Notes: generated by a model from the sequence alone, not told the origin. DNA of 64,000 nt from Synechococcus sp. (GCA_047285535.1 JBJBDC010000001.1:1408136-1472135); one strand, 5' to 3'. Shown: positions 1 to 10,873, counted from the first letter of the stretch. Made by a program: numbers and translations.

Positions 1-180
1 CTGCAGGGACTTGTGTTCCTCACCATTTTGATGACCGTTGGAATCCAAGGCCTAACAGCACAACCGTTGGCGCGAGTGCTTGGGCTAATTGCTACGAACC
101 CTGAGCCTGAGTCCACCCCTGACGCGTCATTAGAGGCAACGCCGCAACCTCTGCCGATCGTCCCCGAGCCTGGCAAGTAG
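1..180 (+). CDS. 3' end of a CPA1/NhaP-type Na+/H+ antiporter (partial, begins before the window)
   Basis: Frame 1 reads [29 protein letters not shown]...PEPGK* (stop 178-180), resembling the last TM helix of cyanobacterial CPA1 antiporters; not in the ORF track. Confidence 0.7.
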   Translation: MQGLVFLTILMTVGIQGLTAQPLARVLGLIATNPEPESTPDASLEATPQPLPIVPEPGK

Positions 181-1560
181 TCCCCAAGTAGTAATGAGGT
201 CTGGCCCCTGAAGTCTGCCAAGCAAAGCAGCTCTCAGACTTTTCATCAAAATTCCCTTCTTCACATCAGCAGAAGCAGAAGCCTGCTTAAGCAAGGTTTG
301 GGCTGATTCAACATCAAGTCCATCCCATGGATTCAGCTCTAAGGCCTGAAGAAGAGCCTGAAGCGCAGGTCGTGCTCCAGGTTGCTCAAGTTGATTCAGT
401 CCATCCTCTTCTAAGGCCGGCTGCTCAAAGAACGGTCTTGCCTGGTTGACGCCGTCCTCTATCAAGGTGAGCGATGGTCCAAGCAAAGAGGCCAGATCCC
501 TGGCCCAAGCAGAATCCTTAGCAACCCAACCTTGTTGTTGCCAGAGGGGCTCAAGAGCTTGAAGAAGTTCCGAAGATGACCAGCCATGTAAAACCTGAGC
601 ATTAAGCCAATTGAGCCTGTCCCAATCGAATTTGGCACCTGCTTTATTGACTCGATCAAAACTGAACCGTTGCGAGGCTTCACTGAGCGTGAACCGTTCC
701 TCCATTCCCTCGGGAACAGACCAGCCCAGAAGGGTCATGTAATTGGCGAGTGCCTCGGAGGTGTAGCCCATCGCCTGAAAATCACTAATGGAGGTCACAC
801 CATCCCTCTTAGAAAGCTTTCGCCCTTCGGGGTTGAGGATCAAAGGCGTATGAGCAAAACTTGGGCTGCTCAGCTCCAGAGCCTGATAAAGCAACAGTTG
901 TTTGGCCGTATTGGCAATATGGTCTTCTCCCCGAATGACATGGCTGATGGCCATGGCAGCGTCATCGACTACCACAACGAGGTTGTAAAGGGGGTCCCCA
1001 ATTGACTTGGCAGGTGCACGTCGGGCGATCACCATGTCACCGCCAAGATCAGCACCACGCCATTGCATTGGACCACGAACCAAATCCGTCCAAGAAATCG
1101 TGGCGTCGTCATCAATGCGAAAGCGAATGACCGCCTCACGTCCTTCGGCCTGAAACATCTCCTCCTGTTCTTGACTCAGGTTGCGATGGCGGTTGTCGTA
1201 CCGAGGAGGCTTCCCTGAGGCTTTCTGGGCTTCACGCATAGCATCCAATTCCTGCTCACTTGCATAGCAGCGATAGGCAATTCCGCGATGAAGCAATTGG
1301 CTGATGGCCTGCCGATGGGCCTCCCCTCGTTCGCTCTGGATCACTGGCTTCTCATCCCAATCGAGACCCAGCCAACTCAGACCATCAAGAATATTTTGTG
1401 TGAATTCAGGCTTGGACCGCTGCTTATCAGTGTCCTCAATCCTGAGCAAAAATTTTCCTTGCTGGTGGCGAGCAAACAACCAATTGAAGACAGCTGTTCG
1501 AGCTGTTCCTATATGAAGCGTGCCGGTGGGGCTTGGAGCCAGACGAACACGAACCGTCAC
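130..1560 (-). CDS. gltX: Glutamate--tRNA ligase
   Basis: [13 protein letters not shown] (HIGH), LRIEDTD, IRGEDH, KLSKR (KMSKS); start moved to GTG 1560 because the longer ORF overlaps tRNA-Asp. Confidence 0.97.
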   Translation of the reverse strand: MTVRVRLAPSPTGTLHIGTARTAVFNWLFARHQQGKFLLRIEDTDKQRSKPEFTQNILDGLSWLGLDWDEKPVIQSERGEAHRQAISQLLHRGIAYRCYASEQELDAMREAQKASGKPPRYDNRHRNLSQEQEEMFQAEGREAVIRFRIDDDATISWTDLVRGPMQWRGADLGGDMVIARRAPAKSIGDPLYNLVVVVDDAAMAISHVIRGEDHIANTAKQLLLYQALELSSPSFAHTPLILNPEGRKLSKRDGVTSISDFQAMGYTSEALANYMTLLGWSVPEGMEERFTLSEASQRFSFDRVNKAGAKFDWDRLNWLNAQVLHGWSSSELLQALEPLWQQQGWVAKDSAWARDLASLLGPSLTLIEDGVNQARPFFEQPALEEDGLNQLEQPGARPALQALLQALELNPWDGLDVESAQTLLKQASASADVKKGILMKSLRAALLGRLQGPDLITTWGLLARLGDDRQRLRRCL

Positions 1561-1578
1561 GACGTCGGAAAATGAAAA

Positions 1579-1652
1579 CGGGACCGACGGGATTCGAACC
1601 CGCAACTTCCGCCGTGACAGGGCGGTGCTCTAACCGGTTGAACTACGGTCCC
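1579..1652 (-). tRNA. tRNA-Asp(GTC)
   Basis: GGGACCGTAGTTCAACCGGTTAGAGCACCGCCCTGTCACGGCGGAAGTTGCGGGTTCGAATCCCGTCGGTCCCG cloverleaf, anticodon GTC. Confidence 0.97.
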
Positions 1653-2091
1653 AGGCAATCTCGGGTAAGGGTTGTGCCCATGGCGATTGACCTGTGCCGC
1701 TCACGCGACCAATTCAGTATCAACCGCAGGCATGCCCTCCGTCAACACAATCGAGGAGACCAAGTTATTTCTGAGGTTTGCACCTGAAATCTTCAAGCTC
1801 ACACAGCCTGGTCTAGATAGTTGTTCTTCAAGAAACGGATGTCATGCACAAGCTCCTGTCAACATCTTTTAAAAGCACAGATCAAGACATCGTCTCAAGT
1901 GGAGCTCAAGCTTTACGGAGAACAAAACTTTAATGACGCGGACAAAATAGTCTCAAAAATCAGAGGCATTGACTGAAAACGAAGGCAAGATCACAGCCCA
2001 TAGCCGGTAGGACTAATGGCCTCAATGATTCGTTTCAACCAATGCATTCGAGGTGAGTCCTGCTGAGTTTTTGGTGGAGAGCATCTCAGAC

Positions 2092-2122
2092 AAAAAACCA
2101 CTCCCTGTCACGGGAGGGTTTT
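2092..2122 (-). terminator. Intrinsic terminator downstream of PSHCP
   Basis: Minus strand AAAACCCTCCCG-TGAC-AGGGAGTGG followed by TTTTTT. Confidence 0.65.
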
Positions 2123-2150
2123 AAGTCGATAAAGGCAGAGATAATTTGTC

Positions 2151-2339
2151 TTAGGGCCTAAAACCAGCAGGTTCAATCAAGCGGACTTGATTGCCTCGGG
2201 CGGTGAATTCACGACCTTGATCGCTTTGGACGACGACTCGTCCCCCAGACTTGACGCGAATGACCCGTGCACGAACCCAGCCGAGAGCGGCTGATTCGAG
2301 CACTTTGACCACATCACCAGGTTGAAGATCCAACTCCAT
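2151..2339 (-). CDS. Prochlorococcus/Synechococcus hyper-conserved protein (PSHCP), 62 aa
   Basis: Recognised sequence MELDLQPGDVVKVLESAALGWVRARV...; known position between rplS/tRNA-Trp and tRNA-Asp. Confidence 0.92.
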   Translation of the reverse strand: MELDLQPGDVVKVLESAALGWVRARVIRVKSGGRVVVQSDQGREFTARGNQVRLIEPAGFRP

Positions 2340-2377
2340 GCTCGAAATCAGGAAAACTGCAAATAGGGTTCATCGGA

Positions 2378-2450
2378 CGCGCCGTGGAGGACTTGAACCC
2401 CCGACATCAGGTTTTGGAGACCTGCGTTCTACCAACTGAACTAACGGCGC
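2378..2450 (-). tRNA. tRNA-Trp(CCA)
   Basis: GCGCCGTTAGTTCAGTTGGTAGAACGCAGGTCTCCAAAACCTGATGTCGGGGGTTCAAGTCCTCCACGGCGCG, anticodon CCA. Confidence 0.97.
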
Positions 2451-2509
2451 AAGGCGATGAACCCCCCACCATCGAAAATCGATGGCATTAATTCGTTGAA
2501 GCAATGGCC

Positions 2510-2968
2510 TCAGCGATCGAAGCGCTGCTTCACTCGAGTGGCCTTGCCCACTCGGTCCCGCAGATAAAAAAGCTTCGCACGCCTTACTTTACCGCGACGC
2601 TCAACTTTGACGGAAGCCACTTGTGGGCTATGGAGCATAAAAACTCTCTCAACACCAATCCCCTGGAAAATACGTCTCACCGTAATTGTTTGGTTCAGGC
2701 CTCCGTGGCGCTTAGCAATCACCACCCCCTCATAGGGCTGAACACGTTCCTTATTTCCCTCGCTAATGCGAACACCGACGCGCACAGTGTCACCCACATA
2801 AATCTCTGGAAGATCATTTTTCAACTGTGCATCCTCGAATTCTCGAAGTAACTCCGATGCGCTCAACTTGGATGCAGTCTTTGTGCTTGATTTCTCAGCA
2901 ACAGCCGTTGAACCGCTTTTTGCCTCACTGACTTCGTCTGCAGATGTCTCTATCGGGTCTGCGGCCAT
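2510..2968 (-). CDS. rplS: 50S ribosomal protein L19 with an N-terminal extension
   Basis: [46 protein letters not shown] 2968 chosen as start. Confidence 0.97.
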   Translation of the reverse strand: MAADPIETSADEVSEAKSGSTAVAEKSSTKTASKLSASELLREFEDAQLKNDLPEIYVGDTVRVGVRISEGNKERVQPYEGVVIAKRHGGLNQTITVRRIFQGIGVERVFMLHSPQVASVKVERRGKVRRAKLFYLRDRVGKATRVKQRFDR

Positions 2969-3000
2969 CCCAGCTCCTAGTAACACGCCAAAAAGCTACC

Positions 3001-3312
3001 TTAACCCCCAGCGTGCTTTCTCGAGGCAATCCACTGTCTTCGAATGCTTTGAAAGAGAAGCCACCCTCCAGTCCCAAGCATCCACAAGAGACCCAGTGCA
3101 TTGAGAAGAACCACCACGGGCTCTAAGTCTGGTCCCAGCCACTCTCCATCGTGAATGGTCATCAACCAGTGCACCTGCTCTCGACTCAATCCACCCCAGT
3201 CCTTCGCTAAGCGATAACTAACGCCTGAAGCAACGGTCACCAGCAATGGGAGCAAAACCAGCGGAGCCATCCAGCGGTGCCATTCACGAACGCGAACCAA
3301 CAAGCGGGTCAC
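3001..3312 (-). CDS. PepSY-associated TM helix family membrane protein
   Basis: REWHRW...LTVASG and LMTIHDG His-containing helices. Confidence 0.7.
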   Translation of the reverse strand: MTRLLVRVREWHRWMAPLVLLPLLVTVASGVSYRLAKDWGGLSREQVHWLMTIHDGEWLGPDLEPVVVLLNALGLLWMLGTGGWLLFQSIRRQWIASRKHAGG

Positions 3313-3418
3313 CGTCGATCACTTCATTGCAATTGATAGCGTGACAGTAAGACTGTCGGGAAAGCGACCGCTGAGGCGGACTGCTTTAACGGCCTGACAA
3401 AAGTAACGCCGAAACCTG

Positions 3419-4258
3419 ATGAATTTGTTTGCTGACCTCTTGGCCTCCACAAAGTCTTCAACTGTCACTGCTACCGGTCCTCGTATTCAACAACGCCGGG
3501 GGGTGGAAATCAAATCAGCCCGTGAGCTGAAAATCATGGAGAAAGCCAGCTCCATCGTCGCCACTGTTTTGCGCGAAATCATGGAATTGGTAGAGCCAGG
3601 TCAAACCACCGGCGACCTCGATGCACATGCTGAGCGCCGTATTCGAGAAATGGGCGCAACCCCTAGCTTCTTGGGATATCACGGGTTTCCAGCCAGTATT
3701 TGCGCCAGCATTAACAATGAAGTTGTTCATGGCATCCCCAGCAAAAAACGGGTCATTCATGCTGGGGATCTGGTCAAAGTTGATACTGGGGCTTACTTCG
3801 ATGGATATCACGGAGACAGTTGCGTCACGATCTGTGTGGGTGAAGTTTCCGATGAAGCACAAAAGCTGAGTCGTGTCGCACAGGAATCACTCATGGCTGG
3901 CCTGGCACAGATTCGTGCAGGGAACACGCTTCTTGACATAGCGGGGGCTGTCGAAGATCACGTGCGCGCCAATCATTTCAGCGTAGTGGAGGACTACACC
4001 GGCCATGGCGTCGGTCGCAATCTGCACGAAGAGCCTTCCGTTTTCAACTTCCGGACTGACGCCCTACCTAATGTCAAGTTGCGCCCAGGCATGACCCTGG
4101 CCGTTGAGCCCATTCTCAACGCCGGCAGCAATGCTTGTCGCACGCTTAAAGATCGCTGGACCGTCGTCACCAAGGACGGCAGTCTTTCCGCTCAATGGGA
4201 ACACACCATCGTGGTCACGTCTGATGGTTGCGAGATTCTCACCGATCGTGGAAATTGA
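3419..4258 (+). CDS. map: Type I methionine aminopeptidase
   Basis: [41 protein letters not shown]. Confidence 0.97.
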   Translation: MNLFADLLASTKSSTVTATGPRIQQRRGVEIKSARELKIMEKASSIVATVLREIMELVEPGQTTGDLDAHAERRIREMGATPSFLGYHGFPASICASINNEVVHGIPSKKRVIHAGDLVKVDTGAYFDGYHGDSCVTICVGEVSDEAQKLSRVAQESLMAGLAQIRAGNTLLDIAGAVEDHVRANHFSVVEDYTGHGVGRNLHEEPSVFNFRTDALPNVKLRPGMTLAVEPILNAGSNACRTLKDRWTVVTKDGSLSAQWEHTIVVTSDGCEILTDRGN

Positions 4259-5054
4259 TTTTCAGCGCCCTGCAATAAACCATTCGAGCCAGCTCCACGA
4301 TGGGCATGACGATGTAAGTCAGTGGATTGGGGGTGATGATGATCAAGTTGATACCAAGCTTTGCTTGCCAAACCACCTGTTTGGCAACAAATTCAGACGA
4401 CAGGATTCCGATGGGGTTCAGACTTGAGCGGAATGGCCCAAGGATTAGTTTGCGCAATCGAAGCGTCCTGCGCTGAATGAGATCACGACCACTCCAGCGC
4501 AAGCTGACCAGCTGGCCTATCAGCCGTTTGCTCAATTCATAACCAGGACTCAATGCAGGCTGAATCTCTGCTTCTGAAGTGTTCACCCAAAGCTCACGCG
4601 GTAGCTCGCCTTGTTGCTCTTGATCAGCAATTTTCTCGAATTGCTGAATCAAACGCCAATAACTGAGAGCGTTCACCTCAAGAGCTTGGGAGAGCATCTC
4701 GGGGCTTTGATCACCCAAAGGGTTGATGCCATGGTTCAAAACCAGAACATCGATTCTTTGAAGAACTGGCTCCAATTCGAGTTCTTCTCCACATGACCAA
4801 CGAATCCACTCTTGTGCTTCGTGGACTGAATCTTGAGATTGAGGGCGCTGGCTATGGCTCAAAGCAATCACCCACGCGCCCTCAGAGCGAAGAGCCTTTG
4901 TCAAGGCCCGTCCCAGCTCCCCACCGCCTCCTGTAATTCCAACGTTTCGTCCGATCCATCGTCCTGTTGAGGTTTGGACGCATGAGGGAGATGCCTGATT
5001 GACCATGGCTTCAACTCTGGACATGGGGCAAACGACATGGCCTAAACCAATCAC
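4239..5054 (-). CDS. SDR-family oxidoreductase (start uncertain)
   Basis: ITGGGGELG Rossmann motif, LVLNHG, YELSK catalytic YxxxK. Confidence 0.85.
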   Translation of the reverse strand: MIGLGHVVCPMSRVEAMVNQASPSCVQTSTGRWIGRNVGITGGGGELGRALTKALRSEGAWVIALSHSQRPQSQDSVHEAQEWIRWSCGEELELEPVLQRIDVLVLNHGINPLGDQSPEMLSQALEVNALSYWRLIQQFEKIADQEQQGELPRELWVNTSEAEIQPALSPGYELSKRLIGQLVSLRWSGRDLIQRRTLRLRKLILGPFRSSLNPIGILSSEFVAKQVVWQAKLGINLIIITPNPLTYIVMPIVELARMVYCRALKINFHDR

Positions 5055-5128
5055 CCCTTTTCCACCTCAACGATGACAGCACAACGGAGCGTGACCTCTA
5101 AATTGTTGAAGAGGCTGGTATCTCCTGC

Positions 5129-6211
5129 ATGAGCAACACACTGCTGATCGGATCCTGTGAGCCGTTCAGCGGCAAATCCGCTCTGGTTCTTGGACTCGCC
5201 CGCCATCTCCAATCAGAAGGTCGCAACATTCGCTTTGGCAAACCGCTGGCGACGAGTCTTGAGTGGACTGCCAAAGGACCTCCTCGCCACGAGCCCTTGA
5301 TTGATGATGATGTGCGTTTTGTCGGCACAACGCTCGGGCTCGATGAAACACGGTTGATTCAATCACTCCATTTGCTCTCTCCAGATACCGCAGACAACCT
5401 TTTGGTTCAGGGGCTCTTGGATGCGGATACAGAGCTCGAGATGTTGCAAAAGGATCTTCAAAACAATCAAGACAGCTTCACCCTGCTCGAAGCAGCAGGA
5501 AGTCTTCACGAGGGGCTGATGTATGGCCTCAGTCTGGTGCAGCTAGCTAAGGGCCTCAATGCTCCTGTCGTTCTGGTCCATCTCTGGCAAGACAGTCGAA
5601 GTGTGGATGCTCTGATCGCAGCTCAACAGCAACTCGGCGATCGACTCGCCGGTGTTGTACTGAATGCAGTAAATCCTGAAGAAGTCGCCGAGTTGAATCA
5701 CCATGTTGTTCCTGCGCTGCAGGCTCTCGGATTGAAGGTCTTCGGCGTCATGCCCAGGTCTCCTTTGCTGCGAAGCGTCACTGTTGGAGAGCTGGTTCGA
5801 CGCCTTGATGCCCGTGTGATTTGTTGCAATGAGCGCCTTGAACTCCTAGTTGAGACGCTGAGTATCGGAGCCATGAATGTGAATTCAGCAATGGAATTCT
5901 TCCGACGGCGGCGCAACATGGCTGTGGTAACAGGAGCCGATCGCACCGATATTCAGCTTGCCGCTCTAGAGGCATCGACGCAATGCCTCATTCTCACGGG
6001 TGCAGGAGAGCCTTTACCTCAACTCATCAACCGTGCCGATGAATTAGAGGTTCCTCTTTTGAAAGTTGAACACGACACACTGGCCACCGTCGAAGTTATT
6101 GAACAGGCATTTGGACACGTACGGCTCCACGAAACAGTGAAGGCCACATACGCCTTCCGCCTTGTCGAAGAGCACTGCCACCTGAACGCATTATTGAGCG
6201 CTGTCAGCTGA
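5129..6211 (+). CDS. Phosphotransacetylase N-terminal-like (BioD-like/DRTGG) protein
   Basis: FSGKS P-loop-like motif, VVTGADRTDIQLAA, LILTG. Confidence 0.88.
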   Translation: MSNTLLIGSCEPFSGKSALVLGLARHLQSEGRNIRFGKPLATSLEWTAKGPPRHEPLIDDDVRFVGTTLGLDETRLIQSLHLLSPDTADNLLVQGLLDADTELEMLQKDLQNNQDSFTLLEAAGSLHEGLMYGLSLVQLAKGLNAPVVLVHLWQDSRSVDALIAAQQQLGDRLAGVVLNAVNPEEVAELNHHVVPALQALGLKVFGVMPRSPLLRSVTVGELVRRLDARVICCNERLELLVETLSIGAMNVNSAMEFFRRRRNMAVVTGADRTDIQLAALEASTQCLILTGAGEPLPQLINRADELEVPLLKVEHDTLATVEVIEQAFGHVRLHETVKATYAFRLVEEHCHLNALLSAVS

Positions 6212-6325
6212 GCTCTTCTCCAGAATTCAACATCTGCATCTACGACTTCATGGAACAAAGATTGGCCACAGAGGCACTGGTCTTGAGCGACGCTGCTAGC
6301 GTTCAACTACGCCAGTGGGATCTAC

Positions 6326-6838
6326 TTGAGCCGCTCTCTTGATCTTCCTGCACTCGACAGGGTTGACACTCTTGCTCAAGAACTAGCCCTTCTTCAGGAC
6401 AAGGGGAAACGACGGATTGCCATCCTTGGCAGTCGCCATGTGCCAGTCGTTGCGATTCACTTAGTCGAATTGATTGCTCGCTCTTTGGCTCAAGAGGGCC
6501 ATACCTTGTTGACCTCTGGATCTCAAGGAGTCAATGCAGCTGTGATCCGTGGTGTCCTGGCAGTGGATCCCGAGCGGCTCACCGTCTTGCTACCACAAAG
6601 CCTCGATCGACAAGTCCCGGAAATTCGCGAACAACTCGATCAGGTTCTCCATCTGATCGAAAAACCTGAGCATGACGATCTGCCATTGCCAATTGCTAGC
6701 AGTCTCTGCAACCAAGAAATCATCAACCGCTGTGATCAATTGATATGTTTCGCTTTCCATGACAGCGAAACTCTCCTTGCCAGCTGCAGAAGTGCAGAAG
6801 ACATGGGGAAAGTAGTCAGTCTTCTGTTTTTCGATTGA
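6326..6838 (+). CDS. DprA/Smf-like Rossmann-fold protein
   Basis: IAILGSR, LTSGSQGVNAA, CNQEII. Confidence 0.75.
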   Translation: MSRSLDLPALDRVDTLAQELALLQDKGKRRIAILGSRHVPVVAIHLVELIARSLAQEGHTLLTSGSQGVNAAVIRGVLAVDPERLTVLLPQSLDRQVPEIREQLDQVLHLIEKPEHDDLPLPIASSLCNQEIINRCDQLICFAFHDSETLLASCRSAEDMGKVVSLLFFD

Positions 6839-6849
6839 TCGAAGCAGAA

Positions 6850-7290
6850 TCAATCGTGCCAGGGCAGGACTTGCAGATGATTGCCATCACGCCCCATCAC
6901 CAAGACGTGATCGCCAATGTTCAATGTGCGATCAAGAGTGAGGGAATTGGCAGCCCAACTTTGACCATGCCAACGAACCCGGCCATCTCCACCGGCTTCC
7001 ATGGGTTCAAGAACTTCTGCGATGTCTTCCCTTTCACTCCTTAAACCAATCGAATGATTTCGTCTTTTGGACCAGCGATACAGCCAAGCGGTACCAAAGA
7101 ACGAAATCGAAAGGAAGAGAGCAATCTGCAACCAATAGGGAACGGGCAGAAGTGCGCTAAGCACCGACACCACAAGTCCTCCTAGGGCCGCGAAAATAAA
7201 ACCATCAAACGTTGGCAGCGCATGCTCCACAAGGAGCAGAGCCACGGCTAGCAACAACCAGAGCAAAGGCACCCAAAAGCTAATCATCAC
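6850..7290 (-). CDS. NfeD-family membrane protein
   Basis: N-terminal TM helices, then GRVRWHGQSWAA OB-fold and VMGRDGNHLQV. Confidence 0.85.
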   Translation of the reverse strand: MMISFWVPLLWLLLAVALLLVEHALPTFDGFIFAALGGLVVSVLSALLPVPYWLQIALFLSISFFGTAWLYRWSKRRNHSIGLRSEREDIAEVLEPMEAGGDGRVRWHGQSWAANSLTLDRTLNIGDHVLVMGRDGNHLQVLPWHD

Positions 7291-7349
7291 AACGAGCCCC
7301 TTGAATCACACTTGGACGACTACGGTCTGAGAAGGAAGTTTGACTTGTC

Positions 7350-8258
7350 ATGGAAGCTTTGTTCGGACTCCCAGCCTTGATGTTGCTGGCGTTTTTGGGA
7401 GCTGGCAGTGTGAAGGTCACAAGTGGAGGTCGATCCCGACTGGTTGAACGGCTCGGAAAGTTCAATCGAGAGCTTCAACCAGGTTTATCACTTGTAGTCC
7501 CAGTTGTGGAAAGAGTGGTGAGCCATGAGTCGATGAAGGAACGAGTACTCGATATCCCTCCCCAACAGTGCATCACCAGAGACAACGTTTCAATCGAAGT
7601 CGATGCGGTGGTGTATTGGCAACTGCTGGAGCATGCACGCGCTCATTACGCGGTGGACAACCTTCAGGCTGCCATGGTGAATCTCGTACTCACTCAGATT
7701 CGGGCAGAGATGGGCAAGCTCGATCTTGACCAAACCTTCACCACCCGAGGTGAAGTGAATGAACTGCTGCTGCGTGAGCTCGATGAAGCCACCGACCCCT
7801 GGGGAGTCAAAGTCACCAGGGTCGAGATGCGAGACATCAACCCTTCTCCAGGAGTGAAGCAAGCCATGGAAGCTCAGATGACAGCCGAACGCGACAAGCG
7901 TGCTGCCATTCTCCGCTCAGAGGGTGAGAAAGAATCTCAGCTCAATCAGGCGAGAGGTCGAGCTGAAGCACGCGTGCTAGATGCTCGGGCCCAAAAAGAG
8001 GCACTGGTCCTTGATGCAGAAGCCCAGTCCAAGCAGCAAGAACTTCTTGCCAAAGCAAAAGCTGAGGCTTCTTTAGAGCTGGCTCGTGCTTTGGAAAGCA
8101 ATCCCAAGGCAGCTGAAGCCATGCGTCTAATACTGGCCAAAGACTGGATGGCCATGGGCGAACACCTTGCTGAAGCGCAGGCTGGCAGCGTGCTGATGGT
8201 GGATCCCCAATCCCCAGCGTCTTTACTTGCAGCCCTAAAACAATTTCAGCAGGATTAA
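7350..8258 (+). CDS. SPFH/band-7 (stomatin/QmcA-like) protein
   Basis: VERLGKF, QQCITRDNVSIEVDAVV, WGVKVTRVE, QMTAERDKRA. Confidence 0.93.
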   Translation: MEALFGLPALMLLAFLGAGSVKVTSGGRSRLVERLGKFNRELQPGLSLVVPVVERVVSHESMKERVLDIPPQQCITRDNVSIEVDAVVYWQLLEHARAHYAVDNLQAAMVNLVLTQIRAEMGKLDLDQTFTTRGEVNELLLRELDEATDPWGVKVTRVEMRDINPSPGVKQAMEAQMTAERDKRAAILRSEGEKESQLNQARGRAEARVLDARAQKEALVLDAEAQSKQQELLAKAKAEASLELARALESNPKAAEAMRLILAKDWMAMGEHLAEAQAGSVLMVDPQSPASLLAALKQFQQD

Positions 8259-8285
8259 GGCCATTGAAGGGTTCGCTCAATCCCA

Positions 8286-8336
8286 AGAGGCCAGATTCAA
8301 GAAGTAGCGACGGCACTTTTGCTTTTTCTGGCCTCT
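8286..8336. terminator. 10-bp inverted repeat between convergent SPFH and MAPEG genes
   Basis: AGAGGCCAGA ... TCTGGCCTCT; long loop, so terminator role uncertain. Confidence 0.35.
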
Positions 8337-8352
8337 AATCAACAAAAGGGGG

Positions 8353-8808
8353 TCAAGGGGCATGGAGCAGTGTCTGAAGACCATCCCAATAGAGGATTCC
8401 TGTACAGAACAGTGCCGCTGCCCAGCACAAACCTCTCAGGGGGGCATTATTGCCAATGTAAGCAATGATATAAACAAAACGAAGCAGGGGTTGCATGAGA
8501 GCTGCCCCTGCTGTCAGTCCAGATAAGGGGCCTGTTTGAAGTGCAGCAATTAAAACCAATAAGGCAGCTGGGGCATGAAGACCAAAAGATTCGAAGCTGT
8601 TCTGATGGGCCCAGCTGGCCCGCTGCCCCCAAGCTGGCAAGCGTTCGAACATGGCTCGTGGAGCCTGCATATCCACCATTGTGAAATCAGCTTGGGATCG
8701 AGCCGCACCAAGAGGAACAATGCTGAAAATCACAACGGCGCCAGCCAACACAAGAGACCAGGCATACGGAGCCGCAGGAGCATCTGTGATCAACGGACTT
8801 AAATTCAT
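8353..8808 (-). CDS. MAPEG-family membrane protein
   Basis: QRASWAHQNSFE motif, LRFVYIIAY. Confidence 0.88.
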   Translation of the reverse strand: MNLSPLITDAPAAPYAWSLVLAGAVVIFSIVPLGAARSQADFTMVDMQAPRAMFERLPAWGQRASWAHQNSFESFGLHAPAALLVLIAALQTGPLSGLTAGAALMQPLLRFVYIIAYIGNNAPLRGLCWAAALFCTGILYWDGLQTLLHAP

Positions 8809-9283
8809 GAGCCATTCAAAAGTCTTTCCTTTCTAAAGTCGCTCGATCGTGATCGCGACTTCACTCTCAGATCCAATGCTTTTTTTCAAGCAGTGTCATC
8901 CAATGACTTGACACATTGCTTTAGAGAGTATGCATCAATCAATCACACTTCTTGAAATTACACAGCCATACTCATACCTGAAAAGCAGACTGCCCTATGA
9001 CGGCATATCAATCAGCTAGCACGATAATCAACCATCTTCGATTCCACTCAACGCGTTAGTCACAACAGACAGTTGCAAGTAATTCAAGAAGCTAACCCTC
9101 TGATCTCAAACACTTTTCACACAAACAAATCTGCGCCTTAAAAGGAGTCATTCACAAGTAGGCGAAACCTGGAAACCTGCTTGAATCAAGATTTTATCTC
9201 GGCTTTTAAAGGCCCCAATTACATTGATCCCAAGCCAATCAAAAACTGGCTGAACTCATCACCCTGAATACTCTAAAATATAT

Positions 9284-9604
9284 TCAGGGTACATCTAAAT
9301 CGCTGACATCGGATCCAGAACCCACCTCGTCACTGTCACTTTGTCCTGGTCGCCAACTACTGCCCCACACTTCCCTACATTTTGCATTAAGACTATCGCG
9401 ATCCAAACCCCAACCAGTAACAACTTTCTGCAGATCTGCCTTAATGTCATCGGCTCCGGGGAAATCTGCGTACCGGATTGCAAGCCTTGCTGCGGAGGTC
9501 AGCTGATCGGGGCCTGGATCACCTTGGAATCCAAGTAACGAATCCATGATCTCGCGATCTGATGCGTAAAGCGGATGGGTTTGCTGAATGTCTTCTGACA
9601 TCAA
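9284..9604 (-). CDS. Conserved cyanobacterial hypothetical protein (DUF3288-like)
   Basis: QTHPLYASDR, ARLAIRYADFPGA.DI. Confidence 0.8.
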   Translation of the reverse strand: MMSEDIQQTHPLYASDREIMDSLLGFQGDPGPDQLTSAARLAIRYADFPGADDIKADLQKVVTGWGLDRDSLNAKCREVWGSSWRPGQSDSDEVGSGSDVSDLDVP

Positions 9605-9825
9605 GAAAAATCAGATAACGACTCAAGGGTTCTGAGGCATTCAGAATTCCTGCATTGCACTTAAGCGCATTCAGCGAAGCATTGACTTAGAACCAACGAC
9701 TAAGCATCAAAACGTTGAGCCAACCCTCCGAGTCAAGGCTGAATCCGCACAGTCGAACGGACCAAAAGGCACGAAACACCACTGTTTGGGCGCAGCGGAA
9801 ACGAAACCAGACGTCAAAGCCGCCA

Positions 9826-9954
9826 TCAAAGCTCTGGGTATGCACTCAGAACGCGCCATCCGATCAAGATGGGAATGCTGCCCAAAACCAGAATCGAGAC
9901 TCCAACAAGACGAAATCTTTTTTCATTCTTAGGAAGTGCAAGCTGCCGATTCAT
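9826..9954 (-). CDS. Putative 42-aa single-TM microprotein
   Basis: MNRQLALPKNEKRFRLVGVSILVLGSIPILIGWRVLSAYPEL*; below the ORF-track cutoff. Confidence 0.5.
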   Translation of the reverse strand: MNRQLALPKNEKRFRLVGVSILVLGSIPILIGWRVLSAYPEL

Positions 9955-10030
9955 GAAACAAAACAATCAAGCCTCCTCCTGACAAGGCTTGACGCTGCTC
10001 GCCACCAATTCACAGGATTAGCTGACAAAC

Positions 10031-10240
10031 ATGTCAAGAAGAAACAGCATGTCTATGTTGTTTGAAAAGAGCAATCCAATGGGCTTCGACAAAGGAGATA
10101 AGTTTATTGACGACGCAAAGCAGCGTGCCCATGACGCTATTGGCGAGACAAACCCAAAACTCACCTCTCTAGAAAAAGGATTTTTGCACGCTATGAAGCG
10201 TCGCCAAGCACGCGAAAAGCACACCAGAAAAACGACTTGA
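10031..10240 (+). CDS. Small hypothetical protein (true start may be a downstream ATG)
   Basis: Protein-like helical composition (GDKFIDDAKQRAHDAIGETNPKLTSLEKGFLHAM). Confidence 0.55.
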   Translation: MSRRNSMSMLFEKSNPMGFDKGDKFIDDAKQRAHDAIGETNPKLTSLEKGFLHAMKRRQAREKHTRKTT

Positions 10241-10873
10241 AGGTCTAACCCTCAGCACAATTTTTTCAAAAGATTTCTTCACAGGAAACAAAATAATTCT
10301 AGTCAATCCCTCATTCGTCACTATTGCTTTTCATCTCTAGCTTCACCATCTCCACTCCTCAAGCAAACCCGATCAGAGTTCTCATCCACAACACATGGGA
10401 ATGCCGTATTAAGGACACCAAACGAAAAGCATCGGATGCATGCATCAGAGACAATTCAATCTTAAGCCAATTCCATTACTCTAACTTTACAAGAACATCG
10501 AAAAACAGAATCACTCATATAATTTTCACTAACAAAGTAGAAGCATGATAAATCCTTCCATGCAATGCATCAGGAGACCATTTGAAGGTGGTTATCTTGT
10601 GAAACAACATCTCTGGCTCCAACAAAACAATCAAAAACTTCACATCGCTGATGCTCAGATGAGTTGATGGCTTCTTCAAAAGGAATCAATCACACCCAGG
10701 TTCTTCAATGCTGTGCAACTATTCTCATGAGACCATAATTATTAAAATCAACGATCTAGTTTCTAACACTGTCATCGCAACAAGTGTTGTAAAAAGCAAA
10801 GGCCCCATAGCCTTTAGAGCGCACTCCGAAATTGGTTAAATCCCATTAACATGGACAACCGTCTTGGAATGAG

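Noticed and set aside
1561..1605. N-terminal extension of the gltX ORF
   Set aside because: Overlaps tRNA-Asp; homology starts at [11 protein letters not shown]
10713..10727. Fur-like half-site ATTCTCA
   Set aside because: Only one good half with wrong spacing, in AT-rich DNA, and no iron gene nearby
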